The notes: generated by a model from the sequence alone, not told the origin. A stretch of 52,928 nt of DNA from an uncultured Thermoanaerobaculia bacterium (GCA_964644635.1 CAZXXL010000001.1:1-52928); one strand, 5' to 3'; numbered from the stretch's first letter, positions 23,081 to 32,594 are shown. Numbers and translations: made by a program.

Positions 23081-24949
23081 GTGCTGTGGAGGGTCGCCAT
23101 CAGCATCGCCCTGCTTGCGCCGGCCATACCGGGCGCGGCGCAGGGCGGCGAGCCGCTCTGGTCCGCCGGCGCCTTCCACTTCCGCTGGCGAACGACCGAT
23201 GGCAGGCACGGACACATCGCGGACTGCCGGACCGAGGCATGTGACCGGGCGGACCTCGCTCGCGGCAACCTCGACAACGCATTCGGCCTGCGTCTCGGCC
23301 TGGAGGCCCCCGTGACCGGGTACGGCGCGTTCCGGCTGCTCGCCGGCGTCGAGGGGCAGGTGCTCTTCACCGAGTACAACCTCTCCCAACGCGACGTCAC
23401 CATCGGCGAGCTCGACGGCGTCCTCGGCGGCGCCCTGGATCTCGGGCCCATCGAGCTGCTCGTCCGCACCGGCGCCGGGGGCGTGCTCAACTCCGGCGGC
23501 CGCGGCGGGCTCGGGCGGTTCGTCGAGGGCGCAATCGGGCTCCCGGTCCACCGGCGGATCTCCGCCCGTGTCGGATTCCGCCGCGCCTGGCACGCCGGTC
23601 CGTCCACGGACGAGGTCTCCCTCTCCGTCCTCCTTCGACCCCGCGAGGCCGCCGGCCACGGGCGCTGGAACATCGGCTGGTCGGTCGGCGCCAGCCGACC
23701 CGGCGCCCTCGTCGGTGACGACCTCTCCCTCTCCGCCGCCCCGGCATGGGAGCTGAGCGTCTTCCGGATGATCGGTGAGTCGCCGTACCGTCTGGGCCTC
23801 GGGATCGGCTCCACGGGCCAGGAATCGGCGGTGAGAACCGTTCGCGGCGACGTCCCGGGCAACCAGCGGGGCAAGGAGATCTTCGACCTCACGCTCCTCG
23901 CCGACCGTTCCGTGGGACGCACCGGCGGGATTCGCTGGCGGGCCGGACTCGGTGTGCGCGTCGCTCGCTGGCGGGACCGGGACTCTCTTCTCCTCGATGC
24001 GGGGGGTTCGCCCGTCGACGCGGGCACCGAGGCCGCCGGCCTGGCGTCGCTCGCGGCGCGGCTCGAGATCGGCGAGAGTCTCGGCCTGGTGGGAAGGGCC
24101 GAGCAGGTCTACTGGCCGTCCCTCGGGCTCGGCGAGGTGCGGGTCATGCTCGGCCTCGAGGCCGGAGCCAGCGAACCCCCACCACGGCCGGTCGCTCCCG
24201 GCCGAGCCTTCTCGGCCGACGAAGGTCCCCCGTTCCTGAAGCGGCTCGCGGTCGACTTCGGGGATTTCTGGGCGACCGGGTGGCACATGAACGCGAGGCG
24301 CTGGCGCTCCCTCGGCTGGGGCTCGGCGGCGGTCGCCGGCGCCTTCCTGGTCGACAACGAGGTGCGTAGCGCCGTCCAGCGAGCACGGTCAAGGTCCAGC
24401 GACCGCCTGGTGGACGATCTCCGTCCCCTCGGGAACCAGGTCGGCGCCCTGGGCGTCATCGGCCTCATCTGGCTGGGCGGACGGGTCGCCGGTGACGCGG
24501 ACGCCGAAGCCATCGGGGAGGACGCCCTCGAGGCGACGATTTTCTCCGGCTTCTTCGTCGTTCCGGCCCTCAAGGCGGCGGTCGGCCGCGCCCGCCCCGA
24601 CGCCCGCCTCGGACACGCCCATTTCGAGCCCTTTTCGGGCGCCGACGCCTTCCCCTCCGGCGAGGCCGCGCAGGCCTTCACCATCGCCTCCGTGGTCGCC
24701 GGGCACGCGCGGGCTCCCTGGGTGAAGATCGCCGGTTGGGGCCTCGCGGGGGTACTCGCCTACGGACGCGTCCACCTCGATCGCCACTGGACCTCGGACG
24801 TGGTCGCCGGCGGCCTCATCGGCGCCGCGATCGGCAGCTGGGTGGCCGCGCGGCGGGGCCGCGGGCGGCCCGCCGACCGCGGGTCCCCACGGGTGACCGT
24901 GCTTCCCGCCCCGGGCGGGATCGAAGTCAGGGGGTTCCTGTCATGGTAA
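23081..24949 (+). CDS. fusion protein: N-terminal beta-rich (OMP-like) domain plus C-terminal PAP2-superfamily phosphatase domain
   Basis: GTG at 23081 with AGGAG 7 nt upstream (the track start at ATG 23051 is the alternative). Signal VLWRVAISIALLAPAIPGAAQG. C-terminal PAP2 motifs KAAVGRARPD, PSGE (canonical PSGH) and GRVHLDRHWTSDVVAG. Confidence 0.7.
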   Translation: MLWRVAISIALLAPAIPGAAQGGEPLWSAGAFHFRWRTTDGRHGHIADCRTEACDRADLARGNLDNAFGLRLGLEAPVTGYGAFRLLAGVEGQVLFTEYNLSQRDVTIGELDGVLGGALDLGPIELLVRTGAGGVLNSGGRGGLGRFVEGAIGLPVHRRISARVGFRRAWHAGPSTDEVSLSVLLRPREAAGHGRWNIGWSVGASRPGALVGDDLSLSAAPAWELSVFRMIGESPYRLGLGIGSTGQESAVRTVRGDVPGNQRGKEIFDLTLLADRSVGRTGGIRWRAGLGVRVARWRDRDSLLLDAGGSPVDAGTEAAGLASLAARLEIGESLGLVGRAEQVYWPSLGLGEVRVMLGLEAGASEPPPRPVAPGRAFSADEGPPFLKRLAVDFGDFWATGWHMNARRWRSLGWGSAAVAGAFLVDNEVRSAVQRARSRSSDRLVDDLRPLGNQVGALGVIGLIWLGGRVAGDADAEAIGEDALEATIFSGFFVVPALKAAVGRARPDARLGHAHFEPFSGADAFPSGEAAQAFTIASVVAGHARAPWVKIAGWGLAGVLAYGRVHLDRHWTSDVVAGGLIGAAIGSWVAARRGRGRPADRGSPRVTVLPAPGGIEVRGFLSW

Positions 24950-26058
24950 TGCGATCCTTCGCCCGGCGTCTCACCGGCGTCCTTCTCCTGCTCCTGGGCG
25001 CCGCGACCGCTTTCTCACAGACCGCGCGGCGAGAGCCCCGCTGGTGGGGGCCGGTCGCGGTCGATCCCCTGCGCTTCGCCTCCCTCCCGTTGAGCTTCGA
25101 GGAGGCCGTGAGACCGGCGCCCGGCCGGTGGAAAGCGTCCTTTCCAGCGGCGTACTTCAACCTCTGGTCCGGCAGCTGGCACACCGGCATCATCCATCGC
25201 GAGTTCGGGCTCCGCGGCAAGCCGCTCAGCCCCTGGGAGCTCAGGACGCTGGAGCGGCGCCACCCGAACGACGCCATCTATCGGCTCGACGTGGAAGGAT
25301 GGGTGGGACGCCTCGCCCTCGCCCGCGGCCTGGGGCACGGCCTCGGTCTGGTGGTCGACGTGCCGTGGATCCAGATCGGCGCGCCGCGCTGGGACGCCAT
25401 CTCGGAGCGTTTCCACCAAGTGCTCGGCCTGAGCATGGGAGACCGCGGGTTCATCGCCAACGGCCAGACGCTCGTTTACATCCGCGGCCTGGATCGCGAT
25501 CGGGTCATCGAGGGTTGGCGGGAGCTTAACGGCTCCGGGCTCGGCGACGCCCGCCTGACCGTCAACGGGTCCCTCGGCCGATGGCTCGGGGGGCGCCACA
25601 CGTGGGCGCTGTCGCTGGAGGCACCCACCGGCGGCGAGGGCACGCTGCGGGGAAGCGGCGGCTGGGACCTCGGGGCACGGTGGTTCGGCAGCTGGCGGCT
25701 GAGGACGGCGACCCTTCGCCTCGCGGCCGGCTACACCCGGCTCTCCACCTCGGGAACGTTCCTGGGCGCCGAGCGGTCCGACACCTGGCACGTGCTCGGC
25801 GCCTACCTGCGTCCCGTCGGCGCCGTGAGCACGCTGATGGCGGGGCTCAGCTTTCACACCTCTCCGCTCAGCCGGTTCACCGACGCGAAGCCCGGTGATC
25901 CGTCGCTGGTCTTCGACCTCGGGTGGGGCTTCGATCTCGGCGAAGGCTATCGCCTGGAAGCCGCCGTCATCGAGGACGTCACGGCCATCGGTACGGCTCC
26001 CGATATCGTCTTCCAGGTACGGCTGGTGGTCGTACCCGGCCGCGGCGCGCGGAGATGA
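24943..26058 (+). CDS. DUF3187-like outer-membrane protein (family call tentative)
   Basis: The ATG at 24943 overlaps the PAP2-gene stop by 7 nt. Signal MVMRSFARRLTGVLLLLLGAATAFSQ. Gly/Trp/Arg-rich alternating beta-strand-like pattern. Track ORF 24736..26058 is the same frame. Confidence 0.5.
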   Translation: MVMRSFARRLTGVLLLLLGAATAFSQTARREPRWWGPVAVDPLRFASLPLSFEEAVRPAPGRWKASFPAAYFNLWSGSWHTGIIHREFGLRGKPLSPWELRTLERRHPNDAIYRLDVEGWVGRLALARGLGHGLGLVVDVPWIQIGAPRWDAISERFHQVLGLSMGDRGFIANGQTLVYIRGLDRDRVIEGWRELNGSGLGDARLTVNGSLGRWLGGRHTWALSLEAPTGGEGTLRGSGGWDLGARWFGSWRLRTATLRLAAGYTRLSTSGTFLGAERSDTWHVLGAYLRPVGAVSTLMAGLSFHTSPLSRFTDAKPGDPSLVFDLGWGFDLGEGYRLEAAVIEDVTAIGTAPDIVFQVRLVVVPGRGARR

Positions 26059-26088
26059 GGCTCCCGGGGAAAAGAACCTTCCCCCCGG

Positions 26089-26097
26089 TGATATACT
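26089..26097 (+). promoter_or_regulatory. candidate extended -10 promoter (TGATATACT)
   Basis: Lies in the AT-rich 172-nt spacer, about 135 nt upstream of the ATG at 26231. It follows a GGGGAA/TTCCCC hairpin (26066-26084) after the previous gene. Confidence 0.3.
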
Positions 26098-26230
26098 GAT
26101 CGGTAACGAAGAAAAACGAGAGGGGGGTCACGATCCGGCCTCGGGGGACAGGGTCGGCGGAGCGTCTTTTCCGGCGGTCTATCTGTCACGAGATTATTCG
26201 TCATTCATTGAGAAAGAAAGGACATGCACC

Positions 26231-27949
26231 ATGGTCAGAACCTCGAGATTCTCCCTCCTTCTCGTGTTCCTCGTCGGCCTGCCGCTGACCGCGGCGGCCG
26301 GCACAAGGAGCGGGACCACCGTCGTCCACAGGGCCGGTGTCGCCGGCTTCCAGGTGCCGGGGCGCACCTTCACCGAGGACGAGCTCCAGCCCCGCGCCGG
26401 GCTGCCGATGGATCGTTCCTTTCAGAAGTTCGGCACCGGCGACATCAGCCCGGCCAGGGTTCCGGCGGCCCACGTGCCCAGGCCGGCCACGGCCGCCGTG
26501 ATGAAGGCGCCCCCCGGAGTGCTCGGCTTCGACGGGCTGACGGTGCTCGAGCAGGGGCTCGCCAGCGGCTTCGCGGTGGAGCCGCCCGACCAGGCGCTGG
26601 CCGTAGGCCAGGGTTTCGTCCTCGAGGGCGTTAACCTGGCGATCCGGGTCTACGAGGCCGCCACCGGCGCGCCGCTGACACCGGCGGTCGACCTCAATAC
26701 CTTCTTCGGCCTTTCCGCCGACGACTTCACGTCGGACCCGAAGGCGTACTACGACGACCAGACCCAGCGCTGGTTCGTGACCATCCTCCAGATCGACCCC
26801 AACTTCACCGCGGCGCACACCATGGTCGCGGTCAGCGACACCAACGATCCGGCCGGGAGCTACACGATCTACTCGGTGGACGCCACCGATGCCGCCACCC
26901 CCGGCTGCCCCTGCTTCGGCGACCAGCCGCTGATCGGCGCCGACGCCAACGGCTTCTACATCAACACCAACCAGTTCTCGCTGATCACCGGTCGCTTCGT
27001 GGGCACCGAGATCTTCGCCCTCGACAAGGCCGCCCTCGTCGCCGGCGCGCCGACGGTCAACGAGCAGGACTTCCTGCTGACCTCCAGCGTGTTTCCGGTC
27101 TTCTACTCCCTGCAGCCGGCGACGGTCCCGCCCGGCGGAGTGTTCGAGACGGCCCAGGGTGGCACCGAGTACCTGATGGGCTCCCTCGACGACTTCAACA
27201 CCCTGACCGACCAGATCGTGGTCATGGCGCTCACCAACACCGGCTCCCTCTCCACGACGCCCGACCTGACGTTGCACCGGGTGATTCTCCCGAGCCAGGT
27301 CTACGGGCCGACGCCGGCCGCGGAGCAGCCGCTGGTGCCGGTCGCGCAGTACGACCCCGTCCTGCCCCTGGCCGCCCTGCTCAGGAGCCTCGGTTTCAAC
27401 GCCCACGAGGAGCTCGTCGACACCAACGACGACCGCATGGCGCAGGTGGTGTTCGCCGACGGCCATCTCTTCGGCGCCCTGGGTACCGTGGTGCAGACGG
27501 CCAACGGCCCGCCGCACGCCGGCATCGCCTGGTTCGCCGTGAGCCCGGGCTTCGACGGCGGCGGCCGGCTGACCGCCGCGATGGCCAACCAGGGCTACCT
27601 GGCCGTGAACGGGCAGAGCCTGACCTACCCCTCCATCGGCATGAACGCCGCCGGTCAGGGGATCATGGCCTTCACCCTCGTCGGTCCGGGCTTCGACCCG
27701 AGCGCCGCCTACGCCCCCATCGACGTCAACGGCACCGGCGCCGTGCACGTTCTCGCGCCGGGGGTCGCACCGGACGACGGATTCTCCGGGTACGAACCCT
27801 GGGGCTTCCGGGTCGGCCGCTGGGGGGACTACTCGGCAGCCGTGGCGGACGAGACGGGCGCCATCTGGGTGGCCACCGAGTACATCCCGGCCAAGCCGAG
27901 GGCGACCTTCGCCAACTGGGGAACGCGGATCAGCGTCATCACGCCGTGA
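26231..27949 (+). CDS. secreted protein of unknown function (572 aa)
   Basis: Signal MVRTSRFSLLLVFLVGLPLTAAAG. Balanced composition and protein-like low-complexity-free sequence throughout. No motif I can assign. Track ORF 25895..27949 is the same frame. Confidence 0.6.
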   Translation: MVRTSRFSLLLVFLVGLPLTAAAGTRSGTTVVHRAGVAGFQVPGRTFTEDELQPRAGLPMDRSFQKFGTGDISPARVPAAHVPRPATAAVMKAPPGVLGFDGLTVLEQGLASGFAVEPPDQALAVGQGFVLEGVNLAIRVYEAATGAPLTPAVDLNTFFGLSADDFTSDPKAYYDDQTQRWFVTILQIDPNFTAAHTMVAVSDTNDPAGSYTIYSVDATDAATPGCPCFGDQPLIGADANGFYINTNQFSLITGRFVGTEIFALDKAALVAGAPTVNEQDFLLTSSVFPVFYSLQPATVPPGGVFETAQGGTEYLMGSLDDFNTLTDQIVVMALTNTGSLSTTPDLTLHRVILPSQVYGPTPAAEQPLVPVAQYDPVLPLAALLRSLGFNAHEELVDTNDDRMAQVVFADGHLFGALGTVVQTANGPPHAGIAWFAVSPGFDGGGRLTAAMANQGYLAVNGQSLTYPSIGMNAAGQGIMAFTLVGPGFDPSAAYAPIDVNGTGAVHVLAPGVAPDDGFSGYEPWGFRVGRWGDYSAAVADETGAIWVATEYIPAKPRATFANWGTRISVITP

Positions 27950-27960
27950 TCCCGGGCCGC

Positions 27961-27989
27961 GGGCCGGGGTGCAGCCGGCGCCCCGGCCC
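27961..27989. terminator. GC-rich hairpin between convergent genes (possible bidirectional terminator)
   Basis: GGGCCGGGG / CCCCGGCCC, a 9-bp perfect stem with an 11-nt loop, lying between the stops at 27949 (+) and 28001 (-). No U-tract. Confidence 0.4.
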
Positions 27990-28000
27990 GGACGGCCGGC

Positions 28001-28759
28001 TCACGCCAGGATGGAGTAGCCGCCGTCCACGACCAGCGTCTGGCCGTGGATCATGGAGGCGAAGTCGGTGCAGAGGAAGACGACGGCGTTGGCCACGTCC
28101 TGGGGATCGAGGACACGGCCGGCAGGGGTGCGTTCGCGGGCCGCCTGCAGCATCTGCTCGCGGTTCGGGAAGTGACGCAGGGCGTCGGTGTCGACGGTCC
28201 CGGCCGAGACCGCGTTGACCCGCACGCCCCGCGGACCGAGCTCCGCCGCCAGGTGCCGGACCATAGACTCGAGGGCGGCCTTGGAGGCGCCCACGGCCGT
28301 GTAGTTCGGGATCGCCCGGATCGCCCCCAGGGACGACACCGCGACCACCACCTTGCCGCTTCCCGGCGGCAGTTTGATGAACTCCTGGACCAGCGGCAGC
28401 AACGCCCCGGCGTTGATGTCCATGGTCCAGTGGAAGTGATGGAGGCTGAGCTCGACCGCGGGCCGGATGACCCCGGAGGCCGCGTTCGAGATCAGGAAGT
28501 CCAGGCCGCCCCACGCCGCACCGATCTGCTCGAACATCCGGTGGACGTGCTCCGGCTTGGCGACGTTCCCCTTCACCACCAGCGCCCGGGCGCCCCGGGC
28601 CTCGATCTCGGCCGCCGTCTCCTCGGCCCGGGTGCGCTGGCGCAGGTAGTTGATCGCCACGTCGACCTTGAAGTCGGCCAGCGAGAGGGCGATGGCCCGC
28701 CCGATGCCCCGGGACGACCCGGTGACCAGGGCCCGCCTGCCGCGGATCTTGAGATCCAT
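28001..28759 (-). CDS. short-chain dehydrogenase/reductase, FabL-like enoyl-ACP reductase candidate
   Basis: 252 aa. TGSSRGIG cofactor motif and YTAVGASKAAL (YxxxK). Strong GGGAGGAGGAG SD. Confidence 0.85.
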   Translation of the reverse strand: MDLKIRGRRALVTGSSRGIGRAIALSLADFKVDVAINYLRQRTRAEETAAEIEARGARALVVKGNVAKPEHVHRMFEQIGAAWGGLDFLISNAASGVIRPAVELSLHHFHWTMDINAGALLPLVQEFIKLPPGSGKVVVAVSSLGAIRAIPNYTAVGASKAALESMVRHLAAELGPRGVRVNAVSAGTVDTDALRHFPNREQMLQAARERTPAGRVLDPQDVANAVVFLCTDFASMIHGQTLVVDGGYSILA

Positions 28760-28838
28760 GTGCTCCTCCTCCCACGAGCCTAGACCGTGCGGCCGCGGAA
28801 GGCAACCGCCCCCGACGACGCGCCGCGAGGAGCGCGGC

Positions 28839-29978
28839 TCAGCCCGCCGCCGTGGTCACGATGGCGCCCCCCTGCCGCGGCCGCCGGAAGAACACCAGCC
28901 CGCCGTCGTCCAGGTCGACCTCCACCACGTCGCCGGCTGCGACCCTGCCGGCGGCGATGAGGCGGGACAGGGGGGCGACCAGCTCCCGCTCCATGGCCCG
29001 CCGCAGACCCCGCGCCCCGAACCGCCCCCCAGCACCCAGGTCCAGGATCCAGCTCCGCGCCTCGTGGCTGACGGCCACCAGCAGGGGGACCCCGGCGTGG
29101 AGCATGGAGCGCTCGAGGATCCGGTCGAGGAGGCGGTCGAAGACCTGCTCGAGCTCTTCGGTCCCGAGGGGCGAGTAGACCAGGGTCTCGTCGAAGCGAT
29201 TGAGGAATTCCGGGGGAAAGACCCGCCGCGCCGCCTCGAGGGCGGCGGCCCCGGCGTCCTCCGGCGCCGCCTCGGCGCTGCCGGAGAAGCCCAGGGTCCG
29301 ACCGGTAACGAGGTCGCCGATCTCCCGTGCCCCGACGTTGGAGGTCAGCACCACGATGGAGCGCCGGAAATCGGCGGTCGCGTTGTTGCCGAGGGTGACC
29401 TGGCCCTCCTCCAGGAGGCCGAGCAGGGCGTTCCAGAGCGCCGGATCCCCCTTCTCGATCTCGTCGAAGAGGATGATGGAGGCGAGGTCGTCCCCGCCCA
29501 CCCCGGCCAGCCGGTCGACGGGAAGCTCGGCCCCTTCGGCTGCGGCCCGCTGGCGCGCTAGCCGGTGGGGGGCGTCGATGCGCCCCTGGCTCAACAGGGG
29601 CTCGATCTGGTGGCCCACGTACCCCGGCGGCGACCCCAGCAGCTTGGAGATCTCGTGCCCGTGCGCGTACTCCTGGCAGTCGATGCGGATCAGTGCCTCC
29701 TCGGTCCCGAAGAGGGCCTGGGCCAGCGCCTTGGCCGTCTCCGTCTTGCCGACCCCGCTGGGACCGAGCAGGAGGAGGGTCAGGAGGGGACGTTTGGGGT
29801 CCCTGAGGCCGGAGAGCGTGCGCGCGAAGGCGCACACGATCCTCTCGATGGCGTCGTCCTGTCCGATGACGCGGTTCTTCAACACCGCGTTGACCGACTG
29901 GGTGGCCTCGAAGACGCAGCCGACGTCGAGCGGGGTCTTGCGGGCCTTCCGTTTTCCTGATGCCTGCTTCCGAGCCAT
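28839..29978 (-). CDS. stand-alone Clp/Hsp100 D2-type AAA+ ATPase
   Basis: VIGQDDAIERI, Walker A GPSGVGKTE, GSPPGYVG, Walker B IILFDEIEK, sensor-1 VVLTSN, and a C-terminal small domain. There is no N-domain, D1 or middle domain. About 45 aa are inserted between GYVG and Walker B. Confidence 0.8.
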   Translation of the reverse strand: MARKQASGKRKARKTPLDVGCVFEATQSVNAVLKNRVIGQDDAIERIVCAFARTLSGLRDPKRPLLTLLLLGPSGVGKTETAKALAQALFGTEEALIRIDCQEYAHGHEISKLLGSPPGYVGHQIEPLLSQGRIDAPHRLARQRAAAEGAELPVDRLAGVGGDDLASIILFDEIEKGDPALWNALLGLLEEGQVTLGNNATADFRRSIVVLTSNVGAREIGDLVTGRTLGFSGSAEAAPEDAGAAALEAARRVFPPEFLNRFDETLVYSPLGTEELEQVFDRLLDRILERSMLHAGVPLLVAVSHEARSWILDLGAGGRFGARGLRRAMERELVAPLSRLIAAGRVAAGDVVEVDLDDGGLVFFRRPRQGGAIVTTAAG

Positions 29979-30088
29979 GGTCGGCCTCCCCTCGGGCCCG
30001 CCCGCCTCCTCGTGGAGGGGTCCTCACCCGTTCTAGTGGCCCGGCGCCGGCTTTCGTTACAGAAGGCCCCGGCTCCGGCGGGGAGATA

Positions 30089-30736
30089 TCACCTGCGAAA
30101 GACCGCCGGCCCGACCCGCAGTCCCCAGGTCAGGGAGACCGGCAGGGCATGGGTGAGGACGAAGCCCACCACGGCGTGGGCCGCCCCCATCACCGGCAGG
30201 TTGGGCCGCCGGCTGTAGATCCACGCGCCCAGGATGCCGAGGGTGACCGCCAGCGGCGAGAGAAAAGGGTTCGGGAAGTGGAACAGGCCGAAAAGCAGGC
30301 CGGTGGCCAGGATGGCGACCTCGTCGCGGGTGAAGATCTCCTCGAGCCGCCGGAAGAGGACGCACAGCAGCCCGTACTGCTGGAGGAGGCCCCAGGCCAG
30401 GTGCCACGCGACGGAGCCGAGGAGGTCGCCGGGCGGCCGCCACGTGCCGAGGACGAGGCCGGCGAGCGCTGCCGCGAGCACCAGGGGCCCGACCCACGCG
30501 AGGACCAGGATCCCGGCGCCGCCGAGGGTGTCCCGGCGCAAGCCGAGGTCGCGCGGTGACTCGCGCCGCCGGAGATGGGTCTCGAGGCCGATGGCGAAGT
30601 AGAGCCCGACCACGACGACGGCGTGGCCGTGAAAGCTTCCCTTCCACCACCAGATGTAGGACACCACCAGGCCGACGAAGGCGACGGCCTCGAGGGCGGC
30701 GCCCAGGCGGCCCGGGGATTCGGCTTCGCCCCGCAT
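30089..30736 (-). CDS. CPBP-family (CAAX / Abi) intramembrane metalloprotease
   Basis: Polytopic. LEEIFTRDE (EExxxR-type motif 1), FGLFHFPN (FxxxH), AAHAVVG. I prefer the ATG at 30736 (GGGGGAGG 6 nt upstream). The ATG at 30766 and the TTG at 30868 are alternatives. Confidence 0.75.
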   Translation of the reverse strand: MRGEAESPGRLGAALEAVAFVGLVVSYIWWWKGSFHGHAVVVVGLYFAIGLETHLRRRESPRDLGLRRDTLGGAGILVLAWVGPLVLAAALAGLVLGTWRPPGDLLGSVAWHLAWGLLQQYGLLCVLFRRLEEIFTRDEVAILATGLLFGLFHFPNPFLSPLAVTLGILGAWIYSRRPNLPVMGAAHAVVGFVLTHALPVSLTWGLRVGPAVFRR

Positions 30737-30809
30737 CCCGGCCTCCCCCGTGCGATCCAGCTCCATTATCCACGACCCGCCGCCCGGACGCGGGGGATCC
30801 GCTCCCGGC

Positions 30810-32441
30810 TCACTCCCGCCGGAGGATGACCACCGTCCGATCGTCCAGATAGGGGGTGCCCCGGGCAAAGGCGTCGAGGTGCGCTTCTATCCCCGCCGCC
30901 AGGGTATCCGGGTCGTCCCCGGCGTGGCGCCGGCAGAGCTCTCGCAGCCGCTCGACTCCGTACTCCTCGCCCTCGGGGTTCTCCGCCTCGGTGATCCCGT
31001 CGGTGTACAACACCAGGGTGTCGCCGGGCTCGATGCCGGTCACTGCGGCGCTGTAGGCGGCACCCGGAACCAGGCCGACGGGCACCCCGGTGCTGTCCAG
31101 CGATTGCAGCGTCCCGTCGCGGCGGATGAGGATCCCCGGCGTGTGCCCCGCGCTGGCGTAGCGGAAGAGCCCCGACGCCGGCTCCAGCACGCCCAGGAAC
31201 ACGGTGGCGAACTTTTCCGTCGGCGTTCGTTCCAGGAGCAGGCGGGAGACGGTGGTGCAGACCTCGTCGGGCGGCGACCCGTTCTCGATCGGGGCCGCCG
31301 ACAGGGCTTCCAGGGCGCCGGTGAGCAGGGAGGCGCCGATGCCCTTGCCGGACACGTCGGCGATCATCACCACGACCTCCCGTCCCCCGTCCCGGGACAC
31401 GATCTTGTAGAAATCGCCGGAGACACCCCGGGAGGGGACGTTACCCGCGTGCACCGCGAACCCGGGAATCGTGGGCACCTCGTCCGGGAGCAACGCCACC
31501 TGGATCTTGCGGGCGAGGGCCACCTCACGCTGGAGCCGCCGGCGATCCAGCTCGGCCTCCGTGAGCCGAAGGTTGCGGACCCGCATGGCGGCGATGGAGG
31601 CGAGCGACGTGAGCAGCTCCATGTCCTCCTCGGTGAACGTGCGGATGGTCGCCCGCGAGCAGACGAGAATCATCCCGACCGCCCCTTCGGGACCGAGGAG
31701 GGGCGCCGCCGCCAGGCTCCTGACGCCCGCGTCGAGGAGGCTTTCGGCCTGCCGGAAGCGATCGTCGGCGAGGGTGTCGTCGACCAGCGCCGCGTGGGCC
31801 TTCTCCACCACCTCGTGGACGAGATGCCGGGAGCAGAGGTGGGTCGCCTCCTCGCGTGACACGCCCCGGGCGGCGGCACACCCGTACTCGCCGGACTCGT
31901 CGGCGAGGAAGATGGCGGCCTTTTCCGGCCGCAGGATGTCCGAGACCCGTTCCAGCATGAGGTCGAGCAACGCGTCCAGCGACATCGGCCCGGCCAGGGC
32001 CTGGTGGACGTCGTTGAGGATCTGCAGCCGCTCCGCCAGCCGCCGGAGGTGGTCGATGTCGTCGAGGCCGCCGAGGGTCGACTGCTCCGCCAGAAGCTCC
32101 ACGGCTGATCGGAGCGTCGCGTGCGAGCGGGAGAAGACCTCCGCGGCGTCCTCGTCGGGGACGAGACGGAGCGTGACGCTCCCCATCGCGATGCGGTCGT
32201 CGCCGGTCACCTCCCGCGACCGATCCACGAGCTCGCCGTTGACCCGGGTTCCGTTTCGCGAGCCGAGATCCTCCAGGAGCCACCGGTCCCCGTCGCGGTA
32301 CAGCCTGGCGTGCCGCCGGGACAGGGCCCGGTCCGGGATGCTCACGTCGGCCGACGACGACCTCCCGATGACGGCGGCGTCCCCGGCGAGCTCCCGCTCG
32401 AAGGTCCGCCCGGCGGCGGTGAGCACCTTCAGGCGAACCAC
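30810..32441 (-). CDS. FHA - GAF - PP2C/SpoIIE phosphatase signalling protein
   Basis: FHA domain (VIGRSSSADVSIPDRALSRRHARLY...LEDLGSRNGTRVNG), a central GAF-like region, and a C-terminal SpoIIE/PP2C domain (SGDFYKIV, DVSGKG, LYTDGITEA). I chose the GTG at 32441; the track start is 32537. Confidence 0.8.
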   Translation of the reverse strand: MVRLKVLTAAGRTFERELAGDAAVIGRSSSADVSIPDRALSRRHARLYRDGDRWLLEDLGSRNGTRVNGELVDRSREVTGDDRIAMGSVTLRLVPDEDAAEVFSRSHATLRSAVELLAEQSTLGGLDDIDHLRRLAERLQILNDVHQALAGPMSLDALLDLMLERVSDILRPEKAAIFLADESGEYGCAAARGVSREEATHLCSRHLVHEVVEKAHAALVDDTLADDRFRQAESLLDAGVRSLAAAPLLGPEGAVGMILVCSRATIRTFTEEDMELLTSLASIAAMRVRNLRLTEAELDRRRLQREVALARKIQVALLPDEVPTIPGFAVHAGNVPSRGVSGDFYKIVSRDGGREVVVMIADVSGKGIGASLLTGALEALSAAPIENGSPPDEVCTTVSRLLLERTPTEKFATVFLGVLEPASGLFRYASAGHTPGILIRRDGTLQSLDSTGVPVGLVPGAAYSAAVTGIEPGDTLVLYTDGITEAENPEGEEYGVERLRELCRRHAGDDPDTLAAGIEAHLDAFARGTPYLDDRTVVILRRE

Positions 32442-32594
32442 GGCAGGAACCTTTCCGGGCACGTGACCCGTTCCATCGTTGAACCCTTTCCCGCCCGCCG
32501 ACCCGCACGTTACCGCCCGGCCGCCGGCCGACCACACCGAGCGTGACGCCGCCGCGGTCTCCAGGACCGCCGCCGGTCTCGCCCCGCTTGACGA

